From: Nitrospirales bacterium
Lineage (GTDB): Bacteria; Nitrospirota; Nitrospiria; Nitrospirales; UBA8639
Length of the DNA: 64,000 nucleotides
Reading direction: 5' to 3'
Assembly: GCA_963422365.1 (NCBI GenBank)
Contig: OY729426.1
Location: forward strand, 640,001-704,000
The position numbers were made by a program, and so were the translations under genes. The notes beneath the pieces were generated by a model. That model was not told the DNA's origin and made no database searches. It saw only the letters and a program-made list of their open reading frames with translations. Of this stretch, positions 19,005-28,205 are shown piece after piece; within the stretch, counting starts at the first letter, position 1; each line of letters opens with the position of its first letter.

Positions 19005-21296
19005 ATGACGCTGCTTCCGAAAACGCAGTCCATTCTTGACCGACCCTTCATGGAATTTCGTCCGTTTGGCGTCACCCCTGAAGGGGAAAAAATTCGCGAT
19101 GTGAGCGGGATTACGGTCAAGGCAAATCTTGAATATCTGGAGGAAGTGGTCGGCAAGAACAAAGGGCAAGACGCGGCCCGTGACGCGATTGCACGCCTCT
19201 GCGACTCGCTCAATTCTCGGATACCCGATCCCGCGTATCACGTGACCCCCAGGTTTTTACACAATGCCTGGAATAGTTACTCCTATGAATTTGCGTGTTA
19301 CCTCGGCGAGTTCTGCATCCGTATTTCCGAGGAACCGCACTTTCAATTCGAAATGGGGAAGAAGAAATTCATTTCTCCCATTATTCAAACCCTGGGACAT
19401 CCGTTTTCCGTTTCACAAATCTTCAAAATGTTTCCGCACTTCGGAGAAAAGTTTGCCAAAGGGTCCGTCCACTTCAGTGTGCCGTTCGTAACCAATGGCT
19501 CGGCCGTGCTTCGCATGAAATTTACCGACCACGTCTATCTGCAATTCGGCTCCTACCGCAAACGGTGCGCCTACATCATCTGCCAGGCGGCAAAAGCCGG
19601 CCTCCTGGCCGTGCCTCAACACGTTCACCGCCTAGGATTTGCCAGTGTCCGTGACCGCCAATGCATTGCGGATGGGGATGAGTACTGTGAATGGGAATTC
19701 CATTGGCCCGCCCAGCCTCTCTCTGAACACCTTGCATGGTCCCTGATCGGGGTGTTCGTGAGTGGCCTAGCCTTCGTCTATGTCCGATGGTCGCATCCGG
19801 ATTTGTCTTGGTTGGAGGCAAGCGTAGGGGCCCTCATCCCGGGCATGGGCACTTGGTTTGCCGGTCAGTGGTCTCGTCTCAAGAAAAAGGCGGAAGAACG
19901 AGAAGTCTTGCTCAAAGAACAAGTGGCTTTTGTCAATACCCACCACGAGGAACTTCGAGAAGCCTATCTTGAACAAGAACGCACGGCCGTGGACCTCCGT
20001 CATAAAGTGAGTCAACTTATGACCCTCTACCAAACGGGGTTATTGTTCAGTTCGGTGCTCGACCGCGAAGCCCTGCTGGAGAAAGTGCTGCACACGATTA
20101 TGAGCGAGCTCAAATACGAGCGCGTTATGATTGCGTTTTTTGATCGCGACCGCCACGTGTCGCATGATGTCCGGCTTCTCGGTGCGCCTCCCGATGTGAT
20201 CCACTATGCGCGGACCTCGGAAACACCCGTCACGGATCCAGCCAGCCTCGAAGGCGAAGTGTTGCTGCAAGGCCGACCCGTGTTAATCAGCGATCTCCAA
20301 CAGGAATGGGACCGGCTTCATCCGTTCACTAGGCAATTGGTTGAACGGACTCACGTGAAATCGTTTATTTCGGTCCCCCTCAAGTCCCAAGGGACGGTAT
20401 TCGGCTCTCTGACCGTCAATCACTCCCAGGAACATGCGTTGACCCATGATGATGTGCAAGTCATGGTGACGGTGGCGAATCAAGTCGCCATTGCCTTGGA
20501 CAACGCCGAAGCGTACCACCAGATCGAAGCGCTGAACGTGGGCTTGGAGAACCGGATCCAAGAACGAACGAGTTCTCTTCAGGCGGCCAATGAAAAACTT
20601 CGTGAACTCGATCAACTCAAATCCGTCTTTGTCTCCATTGTGTCTCATGAATTGCGTACCCCCTTAACCGCCGTGAAAGGGCTCGTGGAAAACATGCTGG
20701 ATGGATTCACCGGGGAATTACGTGAACGACAGCTCTTTTATCTTACGCGGGTCAAACATAATGTTGAACGGTTAACCCGAATGCTGAACGACCTGCTGGA
20801 CCTGTCCCGTATCGAGGCCGGCCACATGGAATTACGACTGACTGATGTGTCGCTGACCGAATTGACGACAGAGGCCCTTGATAATTTACGCCCTCAGGCA
20901 GAAGAGAAATCCCTCATGCCGCAGATCATGGCTCCTTCGCAGATTGCTCCGGTACGAGGAGACCGAGACAAAATTCTTCAGATTTTGACGAATCTCATTC
21001 ACAACGCCATAAAATTTACGCCTTCATCCGGACACGTTTCGATTTCGCTCACGCCACTGGACCATCACGCAATCCAAGTGTGCGTCGCCGACACAGGTTG
21101 TGGCATTGCTTCCGAAGAGGTGCCTAATGTGTTTGATCGCTTTTATCGGAGCTACAGTGGGCCGACAGAGTCACGGGGGGCAGGGTTAGGATTGGCGATT
21201 ACAAAAAGTCTGGTGGAACTGCATCAAGGACGAATCTGGGTGGAAAGCACAGTGGGCAGTGGGAGCCGATTCTATTGTACGCTCCCAACCCGTTGA
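19005..21296 (+). CDS. Sensor histidine kinase (N-terminal V4R-like domain, 2 TM, GAF, HisKA, HATPase_c)
   Basis: SHELRTPL H-box, NLIHNAIKFT, DTGCGI, GAGLGL; GAF (FISVPL...ANQVAIALDNA); CIADGDEYCEWEFHW. Confidence 0.9.
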   Translation: MTLLPKTQSILDRPFMEFRPFGVTPEGEKIRDVSGITVKANLEYLEEVVGKNKGQDAARDAIARLCDSLNSRIPDPAYHVTPRFLHNAWNSYSYEFACYLGEFCIRISEEPHFQFEMGKKKFISPIIQTLGHPFSVSQIFKMFPHFGEKFAKGSVHFSVPFVTNGSAVLRMKFTDHVYLQFGSYRKRCAYIICQAAKAGLLAVPQHVHRLGFASVRDRQCIADGDEYCEWEFHWPAQPLSEHLAWSLIGVFVSGLAFVYVRWSHPDLSWLEASVGALIPGMGTWFAGQWSRLKKKAEEREVLLKEQVAFVNTHHEELREAYLEQERTAVDLRHKVSQLMTLYQTGLLFSSVLDREALLEKVLHTIMSELKYERVMIAFFDRDRHVSHDVRLLGAPPDVIHYARTSETPVTDPASLEGEVLLQGRPVLISDLQQEWDRLHPFTRQLVERTHVKSFISVPLKSQGTVFGSLTVNHSQEHALTHDDVQVMVTVANQVAIALDNAEAYHQIEALNVGLENRIQERTSSLQAANEKLRELDQLKSVFVSIVSHELRTPLTAVKGLVENMLDGFTGELRERQLFYLTRVKHNVERLTRMLNDLLDLSRIEAGHMELRLTDVSLTELTTEALDNLRPQAEEKSLMPQIMAPSQIAPVRGDRDKILQILTNLIHNAIKFTPSSGHVSISLTPLDHHAIQVCVADTGCGIASEEVPNVFDRFYRSYSGPTESRGAGLGLAITKSLVELHQGRIWVESTVGSGSRFYCTLPTR

Positions 21297-21310
21297 ATCA
21301 GGACGCGGCG

Positions 21311-22723
21311 TTACTTCGCGTCTTTCTGCTCTGTCTGTTTTTGTTTGAGCACGCGCGCGAGGTACGAGCGCTGGATCCCCAGCGCTTCCGCGGCTTTGGT
21401 CTGATTGCCATGAGCGCGTTTCAGCGCTTGCTCAATCAGAACGTGTCGGTAGTGTTCTATCGCCTCATGGTAGGGCAGATCACTCACCGCTCGGCCGTGA
21501 GGCTCTTCTTCATGATTGTGGGGGAGGCGTAAATGCTCGGGACCGATCACGTGGTCGGTCCCCAAGACCACGGCCCGAGCCACGGCATTCTCCAATTCCC
21601 GTACATTGCCCGGCCACGGATACGTTCGCATGGTGTCGAAGGCAGACGCCGTCAAGTGCATGCAGGGCTTTCCCATCTCCTTGGTATAGCGTTGAAGAAA
21701 CACGTCGGCCAAATGAGAAATATCATCGGGTCGTTCGCGTAACGGCGGGATGGAAAAACTGATCACATTTAACCGATGAAACAAATCTTCACGGAATTTG
21801 CCTTCTTTCACAGCCTTTGACAGCTCGCGATTCGTCGCGGCGATCACCCGGATATTGACCCGAACCACGCGTGTCCCGCCCACACGATGAAATTCTCGAT
21901 CCTGGAGAAGGCGCAACAGTTTGGCTTGCAGATCCTGAGCCATGTCCCCGATCTCGTCCAAGAAGAGGGTTCCTTCATCAGCCATCTCGACTTTTCCCTT
22001 TTGTTGCGTCGTCGCTCCCGTGAAGGCTCCTTTTTCATGACCGAACAATTCGTTTTCGAGCAAGGTCTCGGTTAAGGCCACGCAATTGATCACGACAAAG
22101 GGCCTATCAGCCCGTCTGCTCCATTGATGGATGGATCGTGCAAAGAGTTCCTTGCCTGTCCCGCTTTCTCCCAGCAAAAGAACGGTGGCATCCGAATCGG
22201 CCACACGTTTAGTGAGCTCAATGAGTGACGCCATGGCCGGTGTGGTCGCCACAATAGCGCCGTACCGGGATTCGACTTCCTTACGTAACACGGCGACGTG
22301 CCGTTTCAAGGCCTCGCGTTCCACGGCCTTTTGTATCACCAAGGTCAGGTGATCGATATCAAGGGGTTTCGTGAGAAAATCAGAGGCTCCACACTTCATG
22401 GCTTCGACGGCTCGTTGAATCGTCCCATGGGCCGTCATCACAATAATCGGAGGACGATGCGACAAGATCGCTTGCCCTGCCTCGCCACGAGGCGGCGGGG
22501 CCAGTTGCTCCTGCTTCGCCAATTTTTCCAGGACTTCAAGGCCCGTCATCCGAGGCATTTCTAAATCGAGCAACACAAGTCCAGGTTCCTCGGATTCCAA
22601 GAATCCGAGTGCGCGTTGCCCATCACCAGCGACCAGCGTTGTATATCCCAAAGCCTCTAGGCGATCCGTTAACATCAAAATAATGTCGGGATCATCATCA
22701 ACAACGAGAATTTTTTTCTGCAT
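21311..22723 (-). CDS. Sigma-54-dependent response regulator (NtrC/AtoC family)
   Basis: ILVVDDD receiver, GESGTGKE, ELFGHEKGAFTGA, WPGNVRELEN, C-terminal Fis HTH; likely start MQKKILVV at 22723. Confidence 0.93.
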   Translation of the reverse strand: MQKKILVVDDDPDIILMLTDRLEALGYTTLVAGDGQRALGFLESEEPGLVLLDLEMPRMTGLEVLEKLAKQEQLAPPPRGEAGQAILSHRPPIIVMTAHGTIQRAVEAMKCGASDFLTKPLDIDHLTLVIQKAVEREALKRHVAVLRKEVESRYGAIVATTPAMASLIELTKRVADSDATVLLLGESGTGKELFARSIHQWSRRADRPFVVINCVALTETLLENELFGHEKGAFTGATTQQKGKVEMADEGTLFLDEIGDMAQDLQAKLLRLLQDREFHRVGGTRVVRVNIRVIAATNRELSKAVKEGKFREDLFHRLNVISFSIPPLRERPDDISHLADVFLQRYTKEMGKPCMHLTASAFDTMRTYPWPGNVRELENAVARAVVLGTDHVIGPEHLRLPHNHEEEPHGRAVSDLPYHEAIEHYRHVLIEQALKRAHGNQTKAAEALGIQRSYLARVLKQKQTEQKDAK

Positions 22724-22745
22724 GAGCAACGGAGAACCCGGCGGT

Positions 22746-23729
22746 TCAACTCGGCTTGCGCTCAAATTCTTCAAGGACGGCAGCCGCCAACAGGGGAACC
22801 ATGATTTCATGGTGCCCGGTGAGTGAATACCCCCGGCCACCTTTTTGGGTGGGTCGCTTCACCACGTTGGTCAACGGTCGATACTGCGGCAAAAAATCCA
22901 TGTCCGCGGTGGTCATGTTCTTCAGCGCCTTCCCCAAATTACGGCTCAGGGTGACGGTTTTCAAAAAGACTTCGGGCAAGAGGACCGCAGACCCCACGTT
23001 CACGTAAACCCCCCCTTCCATTCGAGAAACCACTGCGGTCAATTTTCGAAAGTCCAGCAGCGAACCCGTGCCAAGGGCGGCTCCATCTGCCGACGGGTGC
23101 ATATGCACGATATCCGTGCCGACTGCCACGTGCACGGTCACGGGAATGCCGAGTTGCGCACCCGTCGCGAGAAGACTCGTTTTCCAATTCGGAAACCCTC
23201 TGCGTTGTTGCAGGATGTACCGGCCGACGGCTTCTCCCATCCCTAATCCCTGCGTCACCCCGCCCACGATGGCTTCATTAATCATTCGGCCTGTTTCTTC
23301 CGCCATGCCAAACCGGCCGGAATCGATTTCTGCTTCGACCTCCTCCGAGGTATGGCCCATCAACGCCAACTCGAAATCATGAATCACGCCTGCCCCGTTC
23401 AGCGCCACCGCCGTGACGATCTCTCGTTTCATCAGGTCTACAATCACGGGATTGAGCCCAACTTTGGTGGGATGCGCGCCCATCCCCAGAATCACGGGAC
23501 GTCCCCGTTTCCTGGCTTTGACAATGTCTCTAGCTAAGCTCCGAAGGCTCTTGACCGCCAGCACGTCGGGCAGCGACGACAGAAACGAGGCAAACGATCG
23601 CCCTTTTTGCCAGGGAACGGAAAAGTCGGCTACCCTGACCTTGCTCCGACGCGTGTTCAGCGAATAGGTTTTCAGGCGAGAGACATTGATGGGCCGGACC
23701 GAGGAAGAGTTTTTACGAGGTATACGCAA
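22746..23729 (-). CDS. Conserved protein, deoxyhypusine-synthase-like fold (GSU2086-like)
   Basis: GMGAHPTKVGL, NGAGVIHDFE, GTDIVHMHP, GSAVLLPEVFLK, GHHEIMVP; likely TTG start overlapping the gmhA end. Confidence 0.7.
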   Translation of the reverse strand: MRIPRKNSSSVRPINVSRLKTYSLNTRRSKVRVADFSVPWQKGRSFASFLSSLPDVLAVKSLRSLARDIVKARKRGRPVILGMGAHPTKVGLNPVIVDLMKREIVTAVALNGAGVIHDFELALMGHTSEEVEAEIDSGRFGMAEETGRMINEAIVGGVTQGLGMGEAVGRYILQQRRGFPNWKTSLLATGAQLGIPVTVHVAVGTDIVHMHPSADGAALGTGSLLDFRKLTAVVSRMEGGVYVNVGSAVLLPEVFLKTVTLSRNLGKALKNMTTADMDFLPQYRPLTNVVKRPTQKGGRGYSLTGHHEIMVPLLAAAVLEEFERKPS

Positions 23730-24294
23730 CGAGCTTCTCTTCGACCATTTCACATAACACGTGGCCGAGCGTGATGTGACATTCTTGGATTCGAGCGGTG
23801 ACTTTCGACGGCACAATGAAAGGATGATCGACGAGGCTTGCGAGCGTCCCCCCATCGTTTCCCATCCACCCCACGGTGATCAGACCTTTGTGCCGGGCAG
23901 TCTCAACGCCCTTCAACACGTTGGGCGAGTTCCCGCTGGTGCTAATGGCAATTACGATATCGCCCGGGCGACCCAGCGCGTCTACCTGCCGTACAAAAAT
24001 GTCCGCATAGCCATAATCATTAGCAATACACGTCACAGCGGCCATATCCGCTGCCAGGGCCACGGCAGGCAACGGCACACGGTCTCGATCATATCGCCCG
24101 ACAAACTCCGCGGCAATGTGCGACGCATCCGTGGCACTTCCGCCATTGCCGAAGAGTAGAATCTTCCCTCCCGCCTCAATGGCCTTGATGATGAGGTCCG
24201 CCACCTGCGCGATCCTGTCGGCATGGGTTCGAACAAATCGGAGTTTGACCTCTCCACTTTCTTGAAATCGTTGTGTAATTTGGTCCGGCATCAT
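23713..24294 (-). CDS. gmhA: D-sedoheptulose 7-phosphate isomerase
   Basis: FGNGGSATDASHIAAE, ANDYGY, STSGNSPNV, TARIQECH. Confidence 0.95.
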   Translation of the reverse strand: MMPDQITQRFQESGEVKLRFVRTHADRIAQVADLIIKAIEAGGKILLFGNGGSATDASHIAAEFVGRYDRDRVPLPAVALAADMAAVTCIANDYGYADIFVRQVDALGRPGDIVIAISTSGNSPNVLKGVETARHKGLITVGWMGNDGGTLASLVDHPFIVPSKVTARIQECHITLGHVLCEMVEEKLVAYTS

Positions 24295-24400
24295 GGGAGC
24301 GATTCTAGGCCCCCTCTCCAGAAATCTCAACAGGGGCCGTTAAAAATGGACATTCCCAACGCTTGGCGTTTACCAGGGTCGATGCTATAGTTTCGCCGTT

Positions 24401-25660
24401 ATGAACGAGGATTATCGGACCAAAGCGTTACTCATCGCGGTTTCCGGAGATCCTATCCCGGTACAGGCCTGCATCAATCGGCTCGTCCCGGAGTTTCTCT
24501 GTTTTGTGGTATCCGACTCCCGGAAAGCCTCTATCGAAGCAGACATTCAACCGGCAATCACCACAATGCCGCAACGATGGGATTGGATTCTCACGGAAGA
24601 GTCTGAAAGTTTTACCGCGGTCCATCACACGTTCACCCAAAGCCTTCCCGACATGTTGAAGACCTGGGGCCTGCAACCCGGAGAACTCGTCGTGGACTTC
24701 AGCAGAGCCACTCCGGCCATCGCCGCAGCGATGGCGCTCGCCAGCCGACCATGGACGTCGCAAGTTGTTTGCTTGACCACACCGGAGAGCGAGCCGGCCC
24801 AGAAGGACATCGTGAAGTTCGAAGGACGGACCTTCGCGTGGCAAGAGGGAAATCCCTGGAATGAAGAAGCCGTGACGGCCCGACAGGAAGCAGCCCTGTT
24901 ATTTAATCAAGGGGCATTTTCCTCGGCAGCCAAACGGTTTCGACGCATTGAATCGTTGGTCGGGGGAAGCCTCAAACCGCTGTATCACGCCCTGGCGAAT
25001 TTGGCCGATGGCTATGCCGCCTGGGAAGGCTTCAAATACCGAGAGGCCTGGGACAAACTCAAAACCGCTCTCAAGGCCTTGGAATTAGCCTCGGTCTGGG
25101 GAGGACCGCCCGGCATGTCTTTATTCCTGGCCGGCGTCAAACAGAACCTGAAGTTTTTGGAAAGCATTGTCATGGACCCCGATGACGTCAAGATCCCCGT
25201 GGCGTATGATTTACTCGCCCATGCGAAACGACGCGGGGAACGAGATCAGCACATCGACTTGGCCCTCCAACTGTTACTTCGAGCGCTAGAAGCCTATTCC
25301 CAGCACCAATTGTGGAACCAGCATGGAATCAAAAGCTGGGACGTGCAGGTTGAACAATTACCGCAAGATTTACAGGAACTCTGTCGGACCTGCTATGCCA
25401 ACGACATGGATGGGAAATTTCATCTTCCGCTACAGGCCCAATTTCGCGCCTTGGCCGGGCTGGGTCATCCCATGGGACAAACCTTCGTGAACGAGTGGGC
25501 AAAACTCAAAACCCTCTGGGATGCAACCGACCACAGCGTTCTGGGCCATGGGGTTCAAACCACGAAACCCGAACGGTTTCATCAGTTCTATGCCGTGGCC
25601 ATCAAACTGACCAACGTCACCGAACCCAACTTGCCGGCCTTCCCGAAGATGACGTTGTAA
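24401..25660 (+). CDS. TIGR02710-like CARF/HEPN protein without adjacent cas genes
   Basis: N-terminal CARF-like strand pattern (LLIAVSGDP...LVVDFS), NPWNE, helical middle, C-terminal HSVLGHG. Confidence 0.6.
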   Translation: MNEDYRTKALLIAVSGDPIPVQACINRLVPEFLCFVVSDSRKASIEADIQPAITTMPQRWDWILTEESESFTAVHHTFTQSLPDMLKTWGLQPGELVVDFSRATPAIAAAMALASRPWTSQVVCLTTPESEPAQKDIVKFEGRTFAWQEGNPWNEEAVTARQEAALLFNQGAFSSAAKRFRRIESLVGGSLKPLYHALANLADGYAAWEGFKYREAWDKLKTALKALELASVWGGPPGMSLFLAGVKQNLKFLESIVMDPDDVKIPVAYDLLAHAKRRGERDQHIDLALQLLLRALEAYSQHQLWNQHGIKSWDVQVEQLPQDLQELCRTCYANDMDGKFHLPLQAQFRALAGLGHPMGQTFVNEWAKLKTLWDATDHSVLGHGVQTTKPERFHQFYAVAIKLTNVTEPNLPAFPKMTL

Positions 25661-25665
25661 CTTCC

Positions 25666-25730
25666 GTGAACGTCACAATCTATTATGAAGAGACCGACCG
25701 GCATGGTGTCTTACGCCAACCATCTCAAAT
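25666..25730 (+). pseudogene. Remnant of a YbgC-like acyl-CoA thioesterase N-terminus
   Basis: VNVTIYYEETD then, after a frameshift, GMVSYANHLK; resembles the YbgC motif RVYYEDTDxxGVVYHANYLK. Confidence 0.45.
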
Positions 25731-25858
25731 CGTCGAAGGATCAGCCACCCTCTCAGTTGCTGACGATGGTGTCGCTGCCGCATCTCATGCGGCAGAAAGG
25801 CAATGAAAATACTTCAGGCAACCTACCTCTGAACAGCGGAGGAACAGAGACGAGTGCG

Positions 25859-26212
25859 TTAAGGCTTTTCCCGAAACAGCCAGGCCAAATACATGCCGGC
25901 GATGGCCAGCGTCACCAACTCCACGGTTTGGAGGATGCGACTCACCACCGCCTCGGGCTCCGGAGGCGACAGAATAAAATGCATGCCCAGGTAAGCAGGG
26001 GGGACGCCAGGCGGCGACTCCCACGGCGGAAACAGGACTGCAAGAATCAACGCGCCCGTCATGACGTACAAGATTCGAAGATTCAGGATTTCCTTGGATC
26101 GCGATTCAGCTTGCGGCTCCTGAACGAACCGCTTTCCGCAACTGTGGCAAAAGCGAGCCTCCGAAGACAATTCATGCCCGCATGCCTGACACGTCTTTTG
26201 ACCATTCATCAC
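25859..26212 (-). CDS. Zinc-ribbon membrane protein
   Basis: CQACG...FCHSCG double CxxC plus two hydrophobic helices. Confidence 0.75.
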   Translation of the reverse strand: MMNGQKTCQACGHELSSEARFCHSCGKRFVQEPQAESRSKEILNLRILYVMTGALILAVLFPPWESPPGVPPAYLGMHFILSPPEPEAVVSRILQTVELVTLAIAGMYLAWLFREKP

Positions 26213-26497
26213 GTCAGATTATAATCAAGCTGAGAGAAATTACCAGTGGGGAACTCTGAGTCACCAAAATCTGAGACACAGACGGAGTTGTCTGGCACTG
26301 TGGTGGCATAAGGCACGTGTGACTCCCATCATGAGTTGGAGGCGCGTCTGAATTCAGGAACGCCTTGAAGGAAAACCAACGCAGGATGTGGTCGGCGCCT
26401 ACCAGGAAACGGTTTCAAAAGAAATGCGGGCAAGGTAAGATTGCGATACGCTTCGCGGGAAGCGATCCGGCAAATATCCAAATATGGAATTGGACTG

Positions 26498-27343
26498 ATG
26501 AACCAAGTAGCCGAACCCAGAGCAAGCTACGGTGGACCGTGGACCAGAGAAAAGCTAGAAATACTGAAAAAGTATCTGGATGCCTACACGACCGCACTAA
26601 AAAAGACGCCGTTCAAGCTGATGTACATCGATGCCTTCGCCGGCACGGGTCATTTGGATCTCGATTATATGGATACCAAGGATTTCATGCGTGGCTCAGC
26701 AATAAGGGCTGTCAGCATTGACAACAGGCCGTTCGATAAACTGATTTTTGTTGAAAAAAAACAAGAGCGATGTGATGAATTGGCAAACCTAAGAAAAGAG
26801 CACCCCGGCAGAAATATTCAGATTGAGAATTCGGATGCAAACGAGTTTCTGAGAAGTCTTCAACAAAATTGGAATCAATGGCGCGGCGTCCTTTTTCTCG
26901 ACCCGTTCGCCACGGAAGTCGAATGGTCTACCATCAAAACGATAGCGGGTTTCAATGCGTTGGACACTTGGGTTCTTTTCCCTGTATCTGCAATCGTACG
27001 GATCTTGCCAACATCACGACAACCTGACGATATTTCACCCAAATGGGCCAAGTGTCTTACTCGGATTTTCGGAGATGAGAGTTGGCGCAACCTCTACCAA
27101 GAAAACCCCCAGGGAAACTTGTATGGCGATGTCGAATATCAGAGAAAGCCAGGCGTCGATGGACTCATCGGCATCTACAAGAAAAACCTGAAAAACCTTT
27201 TTGGCACAAGGTGGCTTGAGCAATCTCGATCTCTAAAGAACTCCAATAATTCCCCATTGTTCGAGTTTATGTTCTGCGTGGGAAGCCCGAAGGGAATCGA
27301 TCCCGCCACCAGAATCGCAAACCACATCCTGAAGCACCTGTAG
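26498..27343 (+). CDS. tcmP: Three-Cys-motif partner protein (TcmP family, methyltransferase-like fold)
   Basis: [36 protein letters not shown]; directly upstream of DUF5131. Confidence 0.85.
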   Translation: MNQVAEPRASYGGPWTREKLEILKKYLDAYTTALKKTPFKLMYIDAFAGTGHLDLDYMDTKDFMRGSAIRAVSIDNRPFDKLIFVEKKQERCDELANLRKEHPGRNIQIENSDANEFLRSLQQNWNQWRGVLFLDPFATEVEWSTIKTIAGFNALDTWVLFPVSAIVRILPTSRQPDDISPKWAKCLTRIFGDESWRNLYQENPQGNLYGDVEYQRKPGVDGLIGIYKKNLKNLFGTRWLEQSRSLKNSNNSPLFEFMFCVGSPKGIDPATRIANHILKHL

Positions 27344-27345
27344 CC

Positions 27346-28065
27346 ATGTCCACGCCGTCGCGCATCGAATGGACCGAGACCACATGGAACCCGGTCACGG
27401 GCTGCACGAAAATCAGCGACGGCTGCAAGCATTGCTACGCCGAGCGAATGGCAACACGGCTCCACGCCATGGGCGTCACGAAATACCGGAACGGGTTCGA
27501 CCTCACCGTTCACGAGCCGGCACTAGACGCACCGCTCCGGTGGAAAAAACCTCGGCTCGTGTTCGTGAACTCGATGAGCGACCTGTTCCACGACTCCGTC
27601 CCTACCGGCTTCATCCAGTCGGTGTTCCGCGTCATGAATCAGGCATCGCCGCACACGTTTCAGGTGCTGACGAAACGCCCTGCTCGCGTCATGGACCTCG
27701 ATCACGAACTGAACTGGACGCCGAATATCTGGCTCGGCGTGAGCATCGAATCCGAAGCGTGGCTCAACCGCGTGGCGAAACTGATACACGCCGGCGCCCA
27801 CGTGAAATTCCTGTCTCTCGAACCGTTGCTGGGGCCGTTGCCCGGCCTGGATTTGGCAGGAATCGATTGGGTGATCGTCGGCGGAGAATCAGGGCCCGGT
27901 GCCCGGCCCATGAAGGCGGAGTGGGTGCGGGACATCCGCGACCAGTGCCTGCGACGCGGCGTCCCGTTTTTCTTTAAGCAGTGGGGCGGCGTGCGCAAGC
28001 ACCGGACCGGTCGCGTGCTCGATCACACCACGTGGGACCAAATGCCACGTTTCACAACAATCTGA
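27346..28065 (+). CDS. DUF5131 / phage Gp37-Gp68 family three-Cys (radical-SAM-like) protein
   Basis: [64 protein letters not shown]. Confidence 0.92.
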   Translation: MSTPSRIEWTETTWNPVTGCTKISDGCKHCYAERMATRLHAMGVTKYRNGFDLTVHEPALDAPLRWKKPRLVFVNSMSDLFHDSVPTGFIQSVFRVMNQASPHTFQVLTKRPARVMDLDHELNWTPNIWLGVSIESEAWLNRVAKLIHAGAHVKFLSLEPLLGPLPGLDLAGIDWVIVGGESGPGARPMKAEWVRDIRDQCLRRGVPFFFKQWGGVRKHRTGRVLDHTTWDQMPRFTTI

Positions 28066-28205
28066 CGCCATGCCAAGACTCCTCCCAGCCCACCGCATCC
28101 GGGCCGCTCGATCAGACCGGACTGTCTCGACGCCCTCGGACTGACGGTGACGGATGTTTGTTCTCAACTCGCCCTTGCACGTGTCCAAGCCAAGAAGCCC
28201 CCATC

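Noticed and set aside
24401..26400. CRISPR array near the TIGR02710-like gene
   Set aside because: No regularly spaced direct repeats with spacers were seen here or elsewhere in the window.
27346..28065. Prophage implied by the phage Gp37/Gp68 family name
   Set aside because: No structural, terminase, integrase or replication genes nearby; the context is a defence island.
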